Origin: Octopus sinensis
Lineage: Eukaryota
NCBI RefSeq assembly: GCF_006345805.1
Contig: NC_043005.1
Coordinates: 53,320,001-53,384,000, forward strand
Direction: 5' to 3'
Length of the DNA stretch: 64,000 nt
The first letter of the stretch is position 1. Every line of letters starts with the position of its first letter. Made by a program: the position numbers and the translations under genes. Shown here piece after piece: positions 26,291-38,620 of the stretch. The notes below the pieces were generated by a model that had not been told where the DNA came from, did not search any database, and saw nothing but the letters and a program-made list of their open reading frames with translations.

Positions 26291-26795
26291 AAAAAGCATA
26301 TATATATGTGTGTTAGTGTGTGATACTGAAACAAATAAAAGAATTTATTTAATTCACTCATTTGACTGTGGCCAAGCTGGAGCACCGCCTTTAGTCGAAC
26401 AAATCAACCCCAGGAGAATGCGACCGGCTAATTTGTACATTATAAGTGCAATCTGTGAGCGGAACAGTAAAATAACAAGACTTTTCTCAAGTTCCAAATG
26501 TGAAGTTGTCTGTGTTAACTACATCCCAAAGACGGAGCCGTGTAATTTTGTTGGAAACCGGCTCCCTCTCAGTGGAAGATTTAATATAATTAAAAAAGAG
26601 AGTCGCACACACTCACACACACACACGCACACACGCACACACACACACAATCACACACACTCACACACACATACATATACACATATATGTATGTGTATAC
26701 ATCTATCTATATATATATTTATATACATACATATGTATATACATATATGTATACAAATATACATACATACATACATACATACTACATACATACAT

Positions 26796-26826
<31 letters not shown>

Positions 26827-27439
26827 TATATATATATATGTATATATATATATGAATGTACGTGTATGCATGTATGTGCAAGATCATGGCTTAGTGGTTA
26901 GGGTATGGCACCTGACCGATCGATATGTTGCCTTCTTGCGAAAGACCTTTAATCCCACCTCTGTATTTTTTTGTATGCACGTTTGTGTATGTATTTGTCC
27001 CTATAGTAGAAAAGACATATAAAAATGTAATGGAAAGTACAAAATATAAGACCAAGTCTGTCTAGTGTGCGTATTGGGACACTGTACAAACAGACACAGT
27101 CATAAATTTATATATTTATGTGTTTTTGCGTATATTTCTTTATATACTGAGAGACAGTTGGGTAATGGAGAAAGACATGTAGAAGGACATGAGAGGCACA
27201 CTGACTGATTTGTAGGTAAACACATGATGCGAACATGGATTTTCTTTGCAGGCATATCATGAATTTGTTTAGATATATAATATCGTGAGAACGCAGATCG
27301 ACTTCTAGTGATTCATGCCACATTATGCATATCAAAAATGTAATTGTATATTTGTGTGTGTACATAAATGACAGTGAGATCGTCTGCGTCTGTTTATACG
27401 CTTGTATGTGCGTGTGGAAAAAGTGATAGCTATTCAAGG

Positions 27440-27762
27440 GCGCAAATGATTCTTATCTGGCATCAAGTCTGTAATGAGTAACTGTAATGAGCACTTTATT
27501 CATTGTTTGTGCACACAAAACAAACAAGGCGTGGGGAGTGGGGATCAAAGCTCACAAGGCTGATTGCCAGTGTTCTTTGGCGTAAAATATTCCCCACTGG
27601 ATGGAACACCAGTCTGTCACTCATTTTTGCCAGCCGAGTGAACTGTAGAATCGTGAACTGATGTGTTTTGCTCAAAGACATAACACATTGACCGGGCCAG
27701 GAATTGAAACAACAATGTTACGGTCATGAGTGTTATACCCTAACCACGAAGCAACGCGCCTC
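27440..27762 (-). mobile_element. Type D SINE with tail 3
   Basis: Minus head ggaggcgcgttgcttcgtggttaggg, body tgtgttatgtctttgagcaaaac..ctcggctggcaaaaatgagt, distinct tail. Confidence 0.7.
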
Positions 27763-29641
27763 CACGTCTGTTCTTACACTTATAATGAATGAGAATATGT
27801 TGGTGAATCACGATGGTGGTGATGAGGATTATGATCATGATCGTGATCACACAAACTACATATCCTACATATCCCTACAAACATATTATGTCGATGGGGC
27901 TAAAATCCTAGTTGTGTCCTTTTGAAGCACATTTGCTTATTTCACTATTCCAAATCCGTCTGTAGATGTTATGTTTGAATGAGATATGCATAAGAGTTGA
28001 AAATACCGGAAACTATTTTTTAGGGAGAATATCAAAACAGGAGATTGGAAATTTTTTTAGTATTCACCTTCACATGTGTTTCATTTGCTAATAGATGTTG
28101 CAAAATTGCACATGTAGAAAATATATAAGATATCTTTAAATGGAAATCCTTCAGACAGAGAATCAAATAGTACATTATTAGTTGATACTCTGTCTGAAGA
28201 ATTTCTAATAGGAAATTTGTTATGTTTAACTTACATGTAGAATTTTGTAACTCCTTTTAGCAAATGAAACTCGTGTAATGGTGATTAATAATATTTACCC
28301 ATATATTCACTTATATTCTGCTTCTCTTCTATACATGTTTTTTCTCCCTGCAGCTATGGACAAACGGATCGTTAATGCCATCAGTCTCATCGGTTTGGAA
28401 TAACCTACGAAAAAATCCATGTGCTCAGCCCTCTTCTCTCCTACTGATCCAACAGAAAATATCAAGATGAAGGGATAGTACGCAAAAAGAGCCTATTGTA
28501 TGTCTGAATGGATTAGGAAACGTTACTTGAATTGTTGAGGTGTTTATCTTAAAACCGGAAGTACATTGATTTGATGTCGCCATGATGAACTACATTACAC
28601 GATGCTGAATAAGTGGCAGAATTCTTTTTACTATTGACAACTCTATCACGTCTAAGCTCCAACTTCGCATGAGTTGCTATTGGGGTTTTTTCAAGACCTC
28701 CGCTCTTCACTTCATTCTCGGTTACTGAAATTGTTTAATAAAATTGCTAGTGTGAGATACTACGTATAAAGAAGGGCTAGGCTCACCTACCATCTCCTCT
28801 TTATTAGTAACTCTAAAGCTGGATGCTTTGAATGGTCTTCTGAGTGCCTTTTTGGTGATGCTGTGTAGTTTACCAAGGATGTTAATGTATCATTTTGATT
28901 GGAGAAATGCAAGTAGCTAATGATAAAACGAAGCTGATTGACGGGGCGAGCTCTTGACTCGAAACACTTAAGTGCACGAGTTAATACAGGAGGTAAGTAA
29001 AGTTCCCTGTTGTAGGAATACTTTCAGCGATACGAGAGTTAAACATTGAGTGCTTGAAAACTATACGAACGTAAATGATATGTTGTTGCTGATTATTACC
29101 GTAAAAATATGTTGCAAGTCTATTGTATACACAGCAGGAAAATTCTACTAGGAATTCGAAATATAAAAACTAAACCCAATGCATCAGAAACAGAGAGGGA
29201 ACAATATCGCAAACAACCATAAAATTATGCGTTTACACAGCTAACATGTATGTTAACTGGAAGTCCATTATATAAAATATATATGTCTTGTATAAATAAA
29301 CCAATCCTACTTGAACGGCACAACAAAATCATTCTTGATATACGAACAAGCAACCACCTTAAGATATATCGAATGAATATCAACAAGTCTACTATACTGA
29401 TAACAAATAATACTTTTTTCTGAAGTATTTTCTGAAACAAGTTACCACATTCTAACACTAAATCAGGTAAAACATGTTGTGTGGTACACTAACGTAGTAA
29501 AATTGATCTGTAGACACAGGAGCAACTTATTTCAGTTGCGTAACAAAAAGGCTCTAGGATAACCATATGAGCCTCTACATATCTTTGGAGCTGAAAACGT
29601 TAAAATACTTTGGAAATTTAACAGACAGACCATCAAATAAT

Positions 29642-30003
29642 GGATGGAAGCACTCCGTCGGTTACGACGACGAGGGTTCCGGTTGATCCGAATCAACGGA
29701 ACAGCCTGCTCGTGAAATTAACGTGTAAGTGGCTGAGCACTCCACAGACACGTGTACCCTTAACGTAGTTCTCGGGGATATTCAGCCCTTTGAAATACAG
29801 GTACAACAGAAACAGGAAGTAAGAGTGAGAGAAAGTTGTGGTGAAAGAGTACAGCAGGGATCACCACCATCCCTGCCGGAGCCTCGTGGAGCTTTAGGTG
29901 TTTTCGCTCAATAAACACTCACAACGCCCGGTCTGGGAATCGAAACCGCGATCCTATGACCGCGAGTCCGCTGCCCTGACCACTGGGCCATTGCGCCTCC
30001 ACC
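29642..30003 (-). mobile_element. Young type C SINE with a 12-bp TSD and a 26-bp internal deletion
   Basis: Near-identical to 19461-19847; TSD ccatcaaataat at 29630-29641 and 30004-30015. Confidence 0.92.
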
Positions 30004-30090
30004 CCATCAAATAATATATATATGTGAAATCATCTGTAACAAAATTGACAATAATTCATTTACTATTGGCATAGCGATATTAAACTATAA

Positions 30091-30300
30091 GGCGGTGTGC
30101 TGGCAGAATTGTTAGCACGCTGGGCAAGATACTTAGCGGCATCTCATCCGCCTTTATGTTCTGAGTTCAAATTACGCCGATTTTGACATTCATTGTGTGG
30201 GGGTCGACAAAATAGGTACCAGTTAAGCACTGAGGTCGATGCAATCGACCTACCACTCCTTGGAAATTGTTGCGCTTGTGCCGGATTTTGAAACCAAAAT
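30091..30300 (+). mobile_element. Type B SINE
   Basis: ggcggtgtgctggcagaattgttagcac head, gagttcaaatt B box. Confidence 0.8.
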
Positions 30301-30705
30301 AAATAACTATAATGTTTTGCAGAAGAAAATGGCAAAGCTAGTGAATTATGCCTACCAAGCAGTTGAATTATGGCAGTTAAGGAATATGCCTCTTATCCTA
30401 TTTATAATTAGTAAAACTAAAGTGATACAATATATAAAGTGATACGAATAATATTTGCAGTCCACAGCTCTTCCTTCGTTTTAGCCATCGCAAAAATCGA
30501 CGATGAAGCATTGCAAAGCGAAGACATACTACATGGCGATACACCCTCTCCAGACGTCGCCGGTCGGCATTCTGATTCCTGAGGTTTGCATCAAGAGGCT
30601 TCTGGCGGTGGAATTCTGAAGTACAGCGGGTTTGTCCCACAATGAACATTTCTGGTTACTTTTGTGTACCCCACCATGTAATATATATATATATATATGG
30701 ATAAA

Positions 30706-31606
30706 AATAAAATAAAATAACGATTTTATCAAGTGGTCAGCATGAAGAAAATAACCTTCAAAGGTAATAATTATTAAAATTATAAATTAGGGTATCTACG
30801 AGATACCACCATGCTGAAAATAGCACCTATGATCTGACTCTAAAACCACCTTAATTGTCCACATATCAACACGGAGAGAAAGCAAAGAGACAGCATGAAA
30901 TTAGTAAAACATTACTGGATAATTCTAGATCACGGATTTCTGACTTTGCATTTAGTAATGCTTTGCCTCGTTAGGAGAATAAACACAGAAGGGAAACATA
31001 AATACATATATATATACAAGCACAACATACGAATAATTATTACCTTTGAAGGTTATTTTTTTCCATGCTGACCACTTGAAAGAATCGCTATTTTATTTTT
31101 AAATTAACGATCTTATTTATTTATATAAATTTTAATTTATTTCGTCACTGTATTTACTGCGGCGATATTTTGACCATATCTCACATGTAATTAAATGGCG
31201 GGCATTTTGAAAAGGCCATGATGAATACGTGCATATATATGTATATATACGGTCGTATATGTAAGTATTCGTATGTTGTGCTTATATATATGTATTTATG
31301 TTTCTCTTCTGTGTGTATTCTACTGAGGAAGCAAAGCATTACTAAATGCAAAGTCAGAAATCCGGCATCTAGAATTATCCAGTAATTTTTTACTAGTTTT
31401 ATCTTGACTCTTTGTTTTCTCTCCGTGTTGATATGTGGACAATTAAGGTGGTTTTAGAGTTAGATCATGGCTGCTATTTTCAGCATGTGTATCTTGTAGA
31501 TACCCTATTTATAATTTTAATATATATTATATATTGTATATATATATATATATATATATTAAAATTATAAATTAGGATATCTACAAGATACCACCATGCT
31601 GAAGAT
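30706..31606. repeat. Interleaved inverted repeat complex A-B-A'-spacer-B'-(TA)n-B(start)
   Basis: B 30772-31035 is the reverse complement of 31266-31522; A 30706-30772 is the reverse complement of 31034-31103; B restarts at 31557. Confidence 0.85.
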
Positions 31607-31622
31607 ATATATATATTATATA

Positions 31623-31662
<40 letters not shown>

Positions 31663-32179
31663 GTGTTATACTATATTTGTGTGTGTATATATGTTTATAT
31701 TGATATTTATACAGATACATTATATATATATATATTCAAACAAGTATACATACATGCATGCATACATGCACTCATGAATACATACATACATACATACTTT
31801 TAGACTTCTTACAACCATCTATGTTAATTATTCAGATGTTGTCATATTCTTCAGCTTACTTTCTGTTAAGCTTCTAATTATGTATACACAGGTGAATGAG
31901 TTTCATTTTAATTATTGAATGTTCGTATATTTTGTTTTGCTGTTTTTCGTACTTTTTCTTTCGATATTTTCTCGCTAAAATGTCCGACAGATGGGCATCA
32001 TATATTATCTTTACTAATGAATAATTTAATAAATAATTTTCACTCACATATGTTTTCACATAACTTTACTGATAAACAAACTGGTAAGAACTATATGTTT
32101 TATACAAACATATAAGTTAGAATGTTTTGGTTCATTTCTACACACACACACACACACACATACGCGCGCGCACACACAC

Positions 32180-32450
32180 ATGATTTAGTGGTTAGTGGAC
32201 AGTGGTTTCAATCCTAGATTGGATGGTGCGTTGCATTCTTGAGCTAAAGCACTTCATTTCACGTTGCTTCTGCGATCACCTTGACACCTGACGCGTGGTA
32301 CACTGTGTAACTGGTCAGTTAACGTTAATTTGATGGAGGGAATGGGCTAATATGCGGCTCATACATTTGATCAATATAAACTAATCATTTGTGCAGGTTG
32401 TTCGGGACCTGAACACTCTTACGTCGTCTCCGACGATAGAGTCTACCATA
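32180..32450 (+). mobile_element. Diverged type D SINE with tail 4
   Basis: ttcttgagctaaagcacttcatttcacgttgct..gatcaccttgacacctgacg; reverse copy at 40262-40530. Confidence 0.6.
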
Positions 32451-32505
<55 letters not shown>

Positions 32506-32718
32506 TTATTATTATTATATATACGGGATATATACAGTGGCAGTACAGAACCGTAACATATATTTTTCCAACTAAGTGTGGCGTCCTATACAGGACAGTG
32601 CTACTGATGTTCATAGCCCCAGGAAGTCATCTCCTCCAGCTGGCTAACGACACACATTCTGTGTCCGATGAGTATTTGCGAGGAGAGGTCATCGCTGCCA
32701 TCTCTAGTCTTACGTAGT

Positions 32719-32765
32719 ACACACTGACTCGAGTTTCTGGGTTGTTACCCGTCCTCATCGTGTGT
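32719..32765 (-). ncRNA. Minimal type I hammerhead ribozyme (C3 mutated)
   Basis: cacacg-ATGAGGA-c-gggt-aaca-accc-a-GAAA-ctcga-GTC-agtgtg; palindromic stem III ACTCGAGT. Confidence 0.6.
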
Positions 32766-33090
32766 TAATCACTAGCTAGTGATGGAAGCACATTCCATTC
32801 GAAATTACTGTATATTTTTCTGGCAACTCACTGTCGCTAATCTCGTCGAAGAGAGAGAATCTTATATTGAATCTCTGAGTGAAATATAAACAGTAGCAAC
32901 AATGTCCTGTATAGGTCACCACGCTTAATTGGCAAATATATATTACGGTTCCGTACTGCTACAGTTTAGATATCGCTCAGAGATTTGATATAACATTCTC
33001 TCTCTTCTACGGGATCAGCAACAGTAAGTCGCGAGAAAAATATATAGTAATTTGCAAGTGGAATGAGGTTCCATCAGTAGCTGGTGATTA

Positions 33091-33137
33091 ACACTCGCTG
33101 AAGACGGGTAACTACCCAGAAATTCGAGTCCATGTGT
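33091..33137 (+). ncRNA. Minimal type I hammerhead ribozyme (stem I degenerate)
   Basis: CTGAAGA 33098-33104, stem II gggt/accc, GAAA 33119-33122, GTC 33128-33130. Confidence 0.6.
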
Positions 33138-33469
33138 ATCATGTAAGGCTAGAGATGGGAGCGATGACCTACCCTCGCAAATACTAATCGGATACATAAT
33201 GTGTGTCGTAAGCCAGCTGCTGGAGATGTCTTCCTATAAACACCAGTAGCACTGTCCTCTATGGGACGCTACGCTTAGTTGGTAAATATATGTTACGGTA
33301 TATGTGTGTGTGTGTGTGTGTGTTTATATATGTATTTACACACACACATATATATATACGTCATATCTATTTCATATATATATTATACATAAATACATCC
33401 ATCTGCATACATACACACACACACAAACGCACACACACTCACACACACATATAGCAATATGACAAACTT

Positions 33470-33590
33470 CTTTCAGTTTCCATCTTCCAAATCCCCCTCA
33501 CAAGGTTTTGGTAAGCCCGAGGTTATAGTAGTAGAAGACACTTACCCAAGGTGCCGCGCAGTGGGTTTGAACTGGGAGCCATGCGATAGT
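33470..33590 (-). mobile_element. Type A SINE 5' half
   Basis: ttctttcagtttcc..ctcacaagg..agaagacacttacccaaggtgcc. Confidence 0.75.
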
Positions 33591-33850
33591 GAATACATTT
33601 GTAAGTATGTATGTGCAGATTCGCAGTGCGAATATTCAACATACTTTGGAAAACAACTATCCTGGATAAAAATTGAACAACGAATTCAATGGCATTCTGT
33701 ATTTGTGCATTACTGGTTAAATATTTTATCGAATACGCCGCACGTTGTTTTTATTCTGTTATTTCCAAATGTGGTAACGCCGTCATGAATGAACTGACAG
33801 ATCTTCTTGTGGATTAATAATTCCTTGTAAAATATTAAACGGTTACTTAC

Positions 33851-34074
33851 AAATGCAACACAGATATTATTATTTGCTATTTTAATCTCAGTGCATTGTC
33901 TGTGGTTACTTCTGTCTCTATCAAGCACCAAGTCTAATCTTTTATCAAATGCAATACAACTGTGCCCATTGTATCCTAATCTCTTTAAAATCCAAATCTC
34001 TGTGTGATTTGCAGGGTATTTGACTGTTAATTTTAGCACACCGGCCAATTGAGTTGAGCCTTTCCCATTTGTTG
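33851..34074 (-). CDS. Candidate internal coding exon of an unidentified gene
   Basis: ttacag|...|GTAAGT boundaries enclose 224 nt of open frame (TNGKGSTQ...CIAFDKRLDLVLDRDRSNHRQ...CVAF) in unique sequence; no confident family match. Confidence 0.25.
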
Positions 34075-34452
34075 CTGTAATATATATTTGTGAAAACATA
34101 TTTGTCCATGTGTATGTATGTGTGCATATGTGTGTGAATGCATATAAATCATTTTTTACATAGATCTTTAAATTTATTCCGTGTAGAAAAAGTATTATAT
34201 CTTAAAAAACAAGTACTCACACACATAAATACACACACGCACACACACATATACATACACACACACGCACACACACACACATACACACACGCACATGTAT
34301 ATATATATATATAATTATAATTAGGGTTCAGCAAAATTTGCTTCACCACATACCGAAATTTAGAAATAGCAGTTGGAACTACTATTTCACTACCATAAGA
34401 AAATCTCCCAGACTACAATACTCAACAACTCACAAAGGTAAAGAGAAAAATA

Positions 34453-34739
34453 CATCGCTAGCAGGAGGAGCGAACCCCTACTACCCTCCAGCATCTGACG
34501 AGATCGTGAGACCCTGTCTCACGTCAGTCGCGCATATCTTCAGATTTTATAGCTATTTTGCTTGTTGCAAATCAATGACGGATGCTCATTTTGTTTATCG
34601 CAGGTAAAGCGGAGCTTAGTTACACTCCACTGCGCCGGAGCGCGTGGCTGACGTGCGTCAAATAGATCGAAACTGGCCCATTCTGCGACCCTGTCAGCTA
34701 TTGGAGGGTAGTAGGGGTTCGCTTCCCCTGCTTGCAATG
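34453..34739. mobile_element. MITE with ~47-bp TIRs and TA flanks
   Basis: TA|catcgctagcaggaggagcgaacccctactaccctcca...tggagggtagtaggggttcgcttcccctgcttgcaatg|TA; 22-bp perfect core. Confidence 0.8.
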
Positions 34740-34792
34740 TATTGTACTTAAAGAGTGCAGAGCTTGCACCGAAAATCAGCTATATATATGTA

Positions 34793-35170
34793 GGCGCAGG
34801 AGTGGCTGTGTGGTAAGTAGCTTGCTTGCGAACCACATGGTTCCGAGTTTAGTCCCACTATATGGTACCTTGGGCAAGTGTCTTCTAATATAGCCTCGGA
34901 CCAACCAAAGCCTTGTGAGTGGATTTGGTCGACGGAAACCTAAAGAAGCCCATCCTATATATATGCGTATATATGTCTGTGTTAGTGTGATTTTCTCCCG
35001 CCATCGTTTAACAACCGATGCTGGTGTGTTTACGTTCCCCCGACTTAGCTGTTCGGCTAAGAGACAGATAGAATAAGTAGTAGGATTACAAAGAATAAGT
35101 CCTGGGGTCGATTTGTTCGACTAAAGGCGGTGCTCCGGCATGGTCGCAGTCAAGATGACTGAAACAAAAG
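34793..35170 (+). mobile_element. Type A SINE, full length
   Basis: ggcgcaggagtggctgtgtggtaagtagc head, accttgggcaagtgtctt body, gcatggtcgcagtcaagatgactgaaac tail. Confidence 0.9.
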
Positions 35171-35399
35171 CATATATATATATATATATATATATATACT
35201 TTCTTACATACACACATACACATACATACACAGATATATATATATGTAAGTGTATGTGCGTGTGTGTGTCAGAGAGAAGAGAGAGAGGGAGAGAGAGAGC
35301 AACACTCCATTATAAAACTTTAACATCATTTTATAAAATAACTTAGTTATTACTACTGTTTTCCTTATGAATCAACCTGCAGAATACAGGTTACATTAT

Positions 35400-35669
35400 T
35401 TCTGGCGAGTCTAGGACATTCAACTCCCACTCCACCATGGACAATAGCCCTCCAACAATAATTACCCCAAAGGGCAACAGATGATTTAAAACTTCTGAAA
35501 AGGCTGTGTGGTAAGAAGCTTGCGTACCAACAACATGGTTCCTTGGGCAATTGTCTTCTACTATAGCCTCGGGCCGAGTAAAGCATTGTGAGTGGATTTG
35601 GTAGACGGAAACTGAAAGAAGCCAGTCGTATATATATATATACACACACACATATATATATGTGTGTGT

Positions 35670-35708
<39 letters not shown>

Positions 35709-36045
35709 TTGTGTGTCTGTGTTTGTCCTCCCCACATCGCTTGACAAACGATGCTGGCATATTTACATCCCCGTAAATTAGCGGTTCGAGGAAAGAGACC
35801 GATAGAGTAAGTACTAGGCTTCCAAAGAATAAGTCCTAGGGTCGATTTTCTCGACTAAAGGTGGTGCTCTAGCATGGCCACAGTCAAATGACTGAAACAA
35901 TTAAAAGAGTAAAGGAGTAAAAGAGTAAAGGAGAGGGTAATTAACCAAGGATTGTGATTGTCCTAGTGAGTAGTTGTCGTCGTCGGGAGTTGTCCTATTG
36001 GGGTGGGTGTAATTCTCCTAGTGGGGTAATTGTCCTCATACGATT
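35400..36045. mobile_element. Decayed MITE-like element with ggacaattacccc/ggggtaattgtcc arrays, interrupted by a SINE
   Basis: ggacattc/ggacaatagccc/aattacccc at 35414-35470; ttgtcc arrays in the opposite sense at 35935-36040. Confidence 0.5.
35500..35925 (+). mobile_element. Type A SINE, full length
   Basis: Colinear with 34793-35170; internal (TA)/(TG) microsatellite. Confidence 0.9.
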
Positions 36046-36884
36046 TCTGGTACTTGCTTTTCTTTCTTTGAAAACGGTGTACATTCAAAGACTGTTGCTT
36101 TAACATTTAGTAGTTTGTACATTTAGTGAGGTGAACTGATAACAAGTAAAATATAAATGTAGAAATGAGCAGTTTTCGAGAAAGAGTTGCTTATAAATAT
36201 TCCCTGTTCATATATATATTTGAATAAATTGTTCGCAAATTAAGCTATCTGGTGTATATGATTTCTCTTCTCTCTGATATCAAACGATGTTCCACCAGAA
36301 TTTCTTTATGCGCAGAATATGAAGTGGTCTCAGTTTGCGCGTGTTCATTCAACAAGAATTAAGTAAAAACTGAACATGACGGTCGAGCAACAAAACTGAA
36401 GCCTTCTCGATGCTTTGTTGAATCTCAGAATTTCTCTCTCTTTATTTTTTATTTATTTATTTTTGTTTTGAGAGAGAGAATAAAGTAGTATTTTCGATAT
36501 TTGCCGTAACAAATTCCCGATTACTTTGGCTGGAAGCAAGCAAATTCATTCTCCTTAAGTGTTTCTGTAAAATAAAGCATATCGCACATCTTACCTCGTA
36601 AAACTTAAAAAGGAAAATATAGGTGCTCGTTTTTTGACAAGAAACATTACGTTAATTTCAAGTAATCTAACTGAAAATGGATAAATATTTCTATTTATGT
36701 TAATCAAGCAGTGTGTAAAACATAATTGAACAATAGTACTGTTCTGAAGAATTTGGAATATATCTAGATATTCTAAACAGCTGCAATACGAATTAACACA
36801 CCTGACCTGCTAAGTCTCTGTTAAAGAAGTAAAATAGAATCTATCTGTCTATTTGTCTGTCTGTCTCTCTATGTATATATATGA

Positions 36885-36927
<43 letters not shown>

Positions 36928-36972
36928 TATATTATGTATGTATATATATATGTATACATGTATGTATGTATG

Positions 36973-37029
<57 letters not shown>

Positions 37030-37371
37030 TATATATATGTATATAATATATATGTAAGTATGTATGTATGTACATATGTATATCACAGATAAGACCCAGA
37101 GATTCTCCGTATAGAAGGCACTTTGTAGTACTTAAGAGATTCAATCTTAGACTCCTAGGTCTTTACAGGGGATCAATTCTACAAGAAAGGTTATAGGAGG
37201 GATAAGAGGGACCATGTTGAACTGGTATACAGGCAATTATGCGGCTAAACAATTACATACATTAAATATATTAGATATGTTATATATAATAGTTTGGGTA
37301 TTAAACACAAAATATGTATATTTGCAAATCGAAATAAAGCAAATGGTGGAGATTTGCAAATGAATATTTAA

Positions 37372-37415
<44 letters not shown>

Positions 37416-37965
37416 TATATAAATCAATAAATAGTGGGGTTGTGTTGACCGCACGTGGAGAAATGATAGGAGAGGGAAAATTTATAAAAAGGCAGAATGC
37501 TAAATTGAAGTTAAATTTTAATAAAAATGGGTGCATGGAAAATTTTAAAAAATAATAACTCTAACCGGTTTTCGTGGCAAAACAAATTTTCAAGATTTGA
37601 AAGGTGAAAAGAAATTTTTTTTAAATTGAGGAAGGGGGAAAAAAGAAATTTACAATGTTTTTTTCAAAAAAAATAATAATAAACATACAACAATTAAAAA
37701 ATAAGTATACCGATACATTGTAGAGTCTTTATGTTTTTTGACTTCAATAATAGTCCTTGGAAAAATTTCTTTGGAGGATTAAGATATATGTGATTAAACG
37801 TGGTGCTTAGTTTAAGGTGTTTGTTAAATGAAAGTCAAAACAGGAAATGGTTGTAGGAGTTATCCAGTTCCTGTGAGTAAGGGGAGACAATTCTGTGGAT
37901 TTTATGCTCTTCAATTGGGATTGTCAATTTTTTGTCAGATAGGATGTTAGAAAAAAGGAGTATGG

Positions 37966-38395
37966 TCATCGTGGAGTTTGCATATTAAGATGCGTTTGGA
38001 ATTTTTCAATAAAAAGATTCTCCTTGTTGATTCTTTCTTGTGTAGTGATTCCGTCTTTACATTGGTAGAAGGGCAATATGGGAAATTTAGGATTTTTGTC
38101 TAGCGCACCATCTATGTGGCTACTTAGTGGAATTTGACGGTATTCTGGGAGATTTATCTGTTCTTTGTGGACTGCTACTCTTTTACGTAAAGGAAGGCTC
38201 GTTTGTCCAACATAATTGTGTTGGCAACCGGCGCATGTGAGAACGTAGATGAGATTCTCGGAGGAACAGGAGAAGTTGGTCTTGATTTTAAACTTTGTTC
38301 CTTGTTTGAAAGTAAATTCAGAGCCTTCAAGTAGGATGGGGCAGGTACCACAGTTCGGGCGTGCACATTTTTTAACTGATGGGGGTGGATGTGGT
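37966..38395 (-). mobile_element. Penelope-like element GIY-YIG endonuclease domain (5'-truncated)
   Basis: KKCARPNCGTC linker, FSCSSENLIYVLTCAGCQHNYVGQT..RKRVAVH..ERINKENLFI..HLN. Confidence 0.88.
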
Positions 38396-38424
38396 GCGTG
38401 AAGTTTGGCATTTGTCAAGAGTAT

Positions 38425-38620
38425 TTTCATAAACACACTAACACCGGTTGCCAGGTAGTGAAGGGGAGACAAACTCAGGCACAAAGACACTCACACAAAC
38501 ACACACACGCACACGTGTGCACACGCATATACATATATATACGACAAACTTCTTTCAGTTTCCGTCTACCAAATCAACTCACAAGGCTCTGGTTGGCCCG
38601 AGGCTATATTAGAAGACATT
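38425..38620 (-). mobile_element. Type A SINE, central part
   Basis: ttctttcagtttccgtctaccaaatcaactcacaagg. Confidence 0.75.

Larger units (their letters stand above)
32529..33298. mobile_element. Head-to-head pair of ~345-bp hammerhead-bearing units (retrozyme or Penelope pseudo-LTR-like)
   Basis: 32551-32898 is the reverse complement of 32957-33298; each arm joins unit end to unit start; further copies at 48066-48420 and 48623-48665. Confidence 0.85.

Noticed and set aside
34040-34085. TNGKGST resembling the FolC/Mur ligase P-loop
   Set aside because: Only 7 residues match and the surrounding sequence does not fit the family
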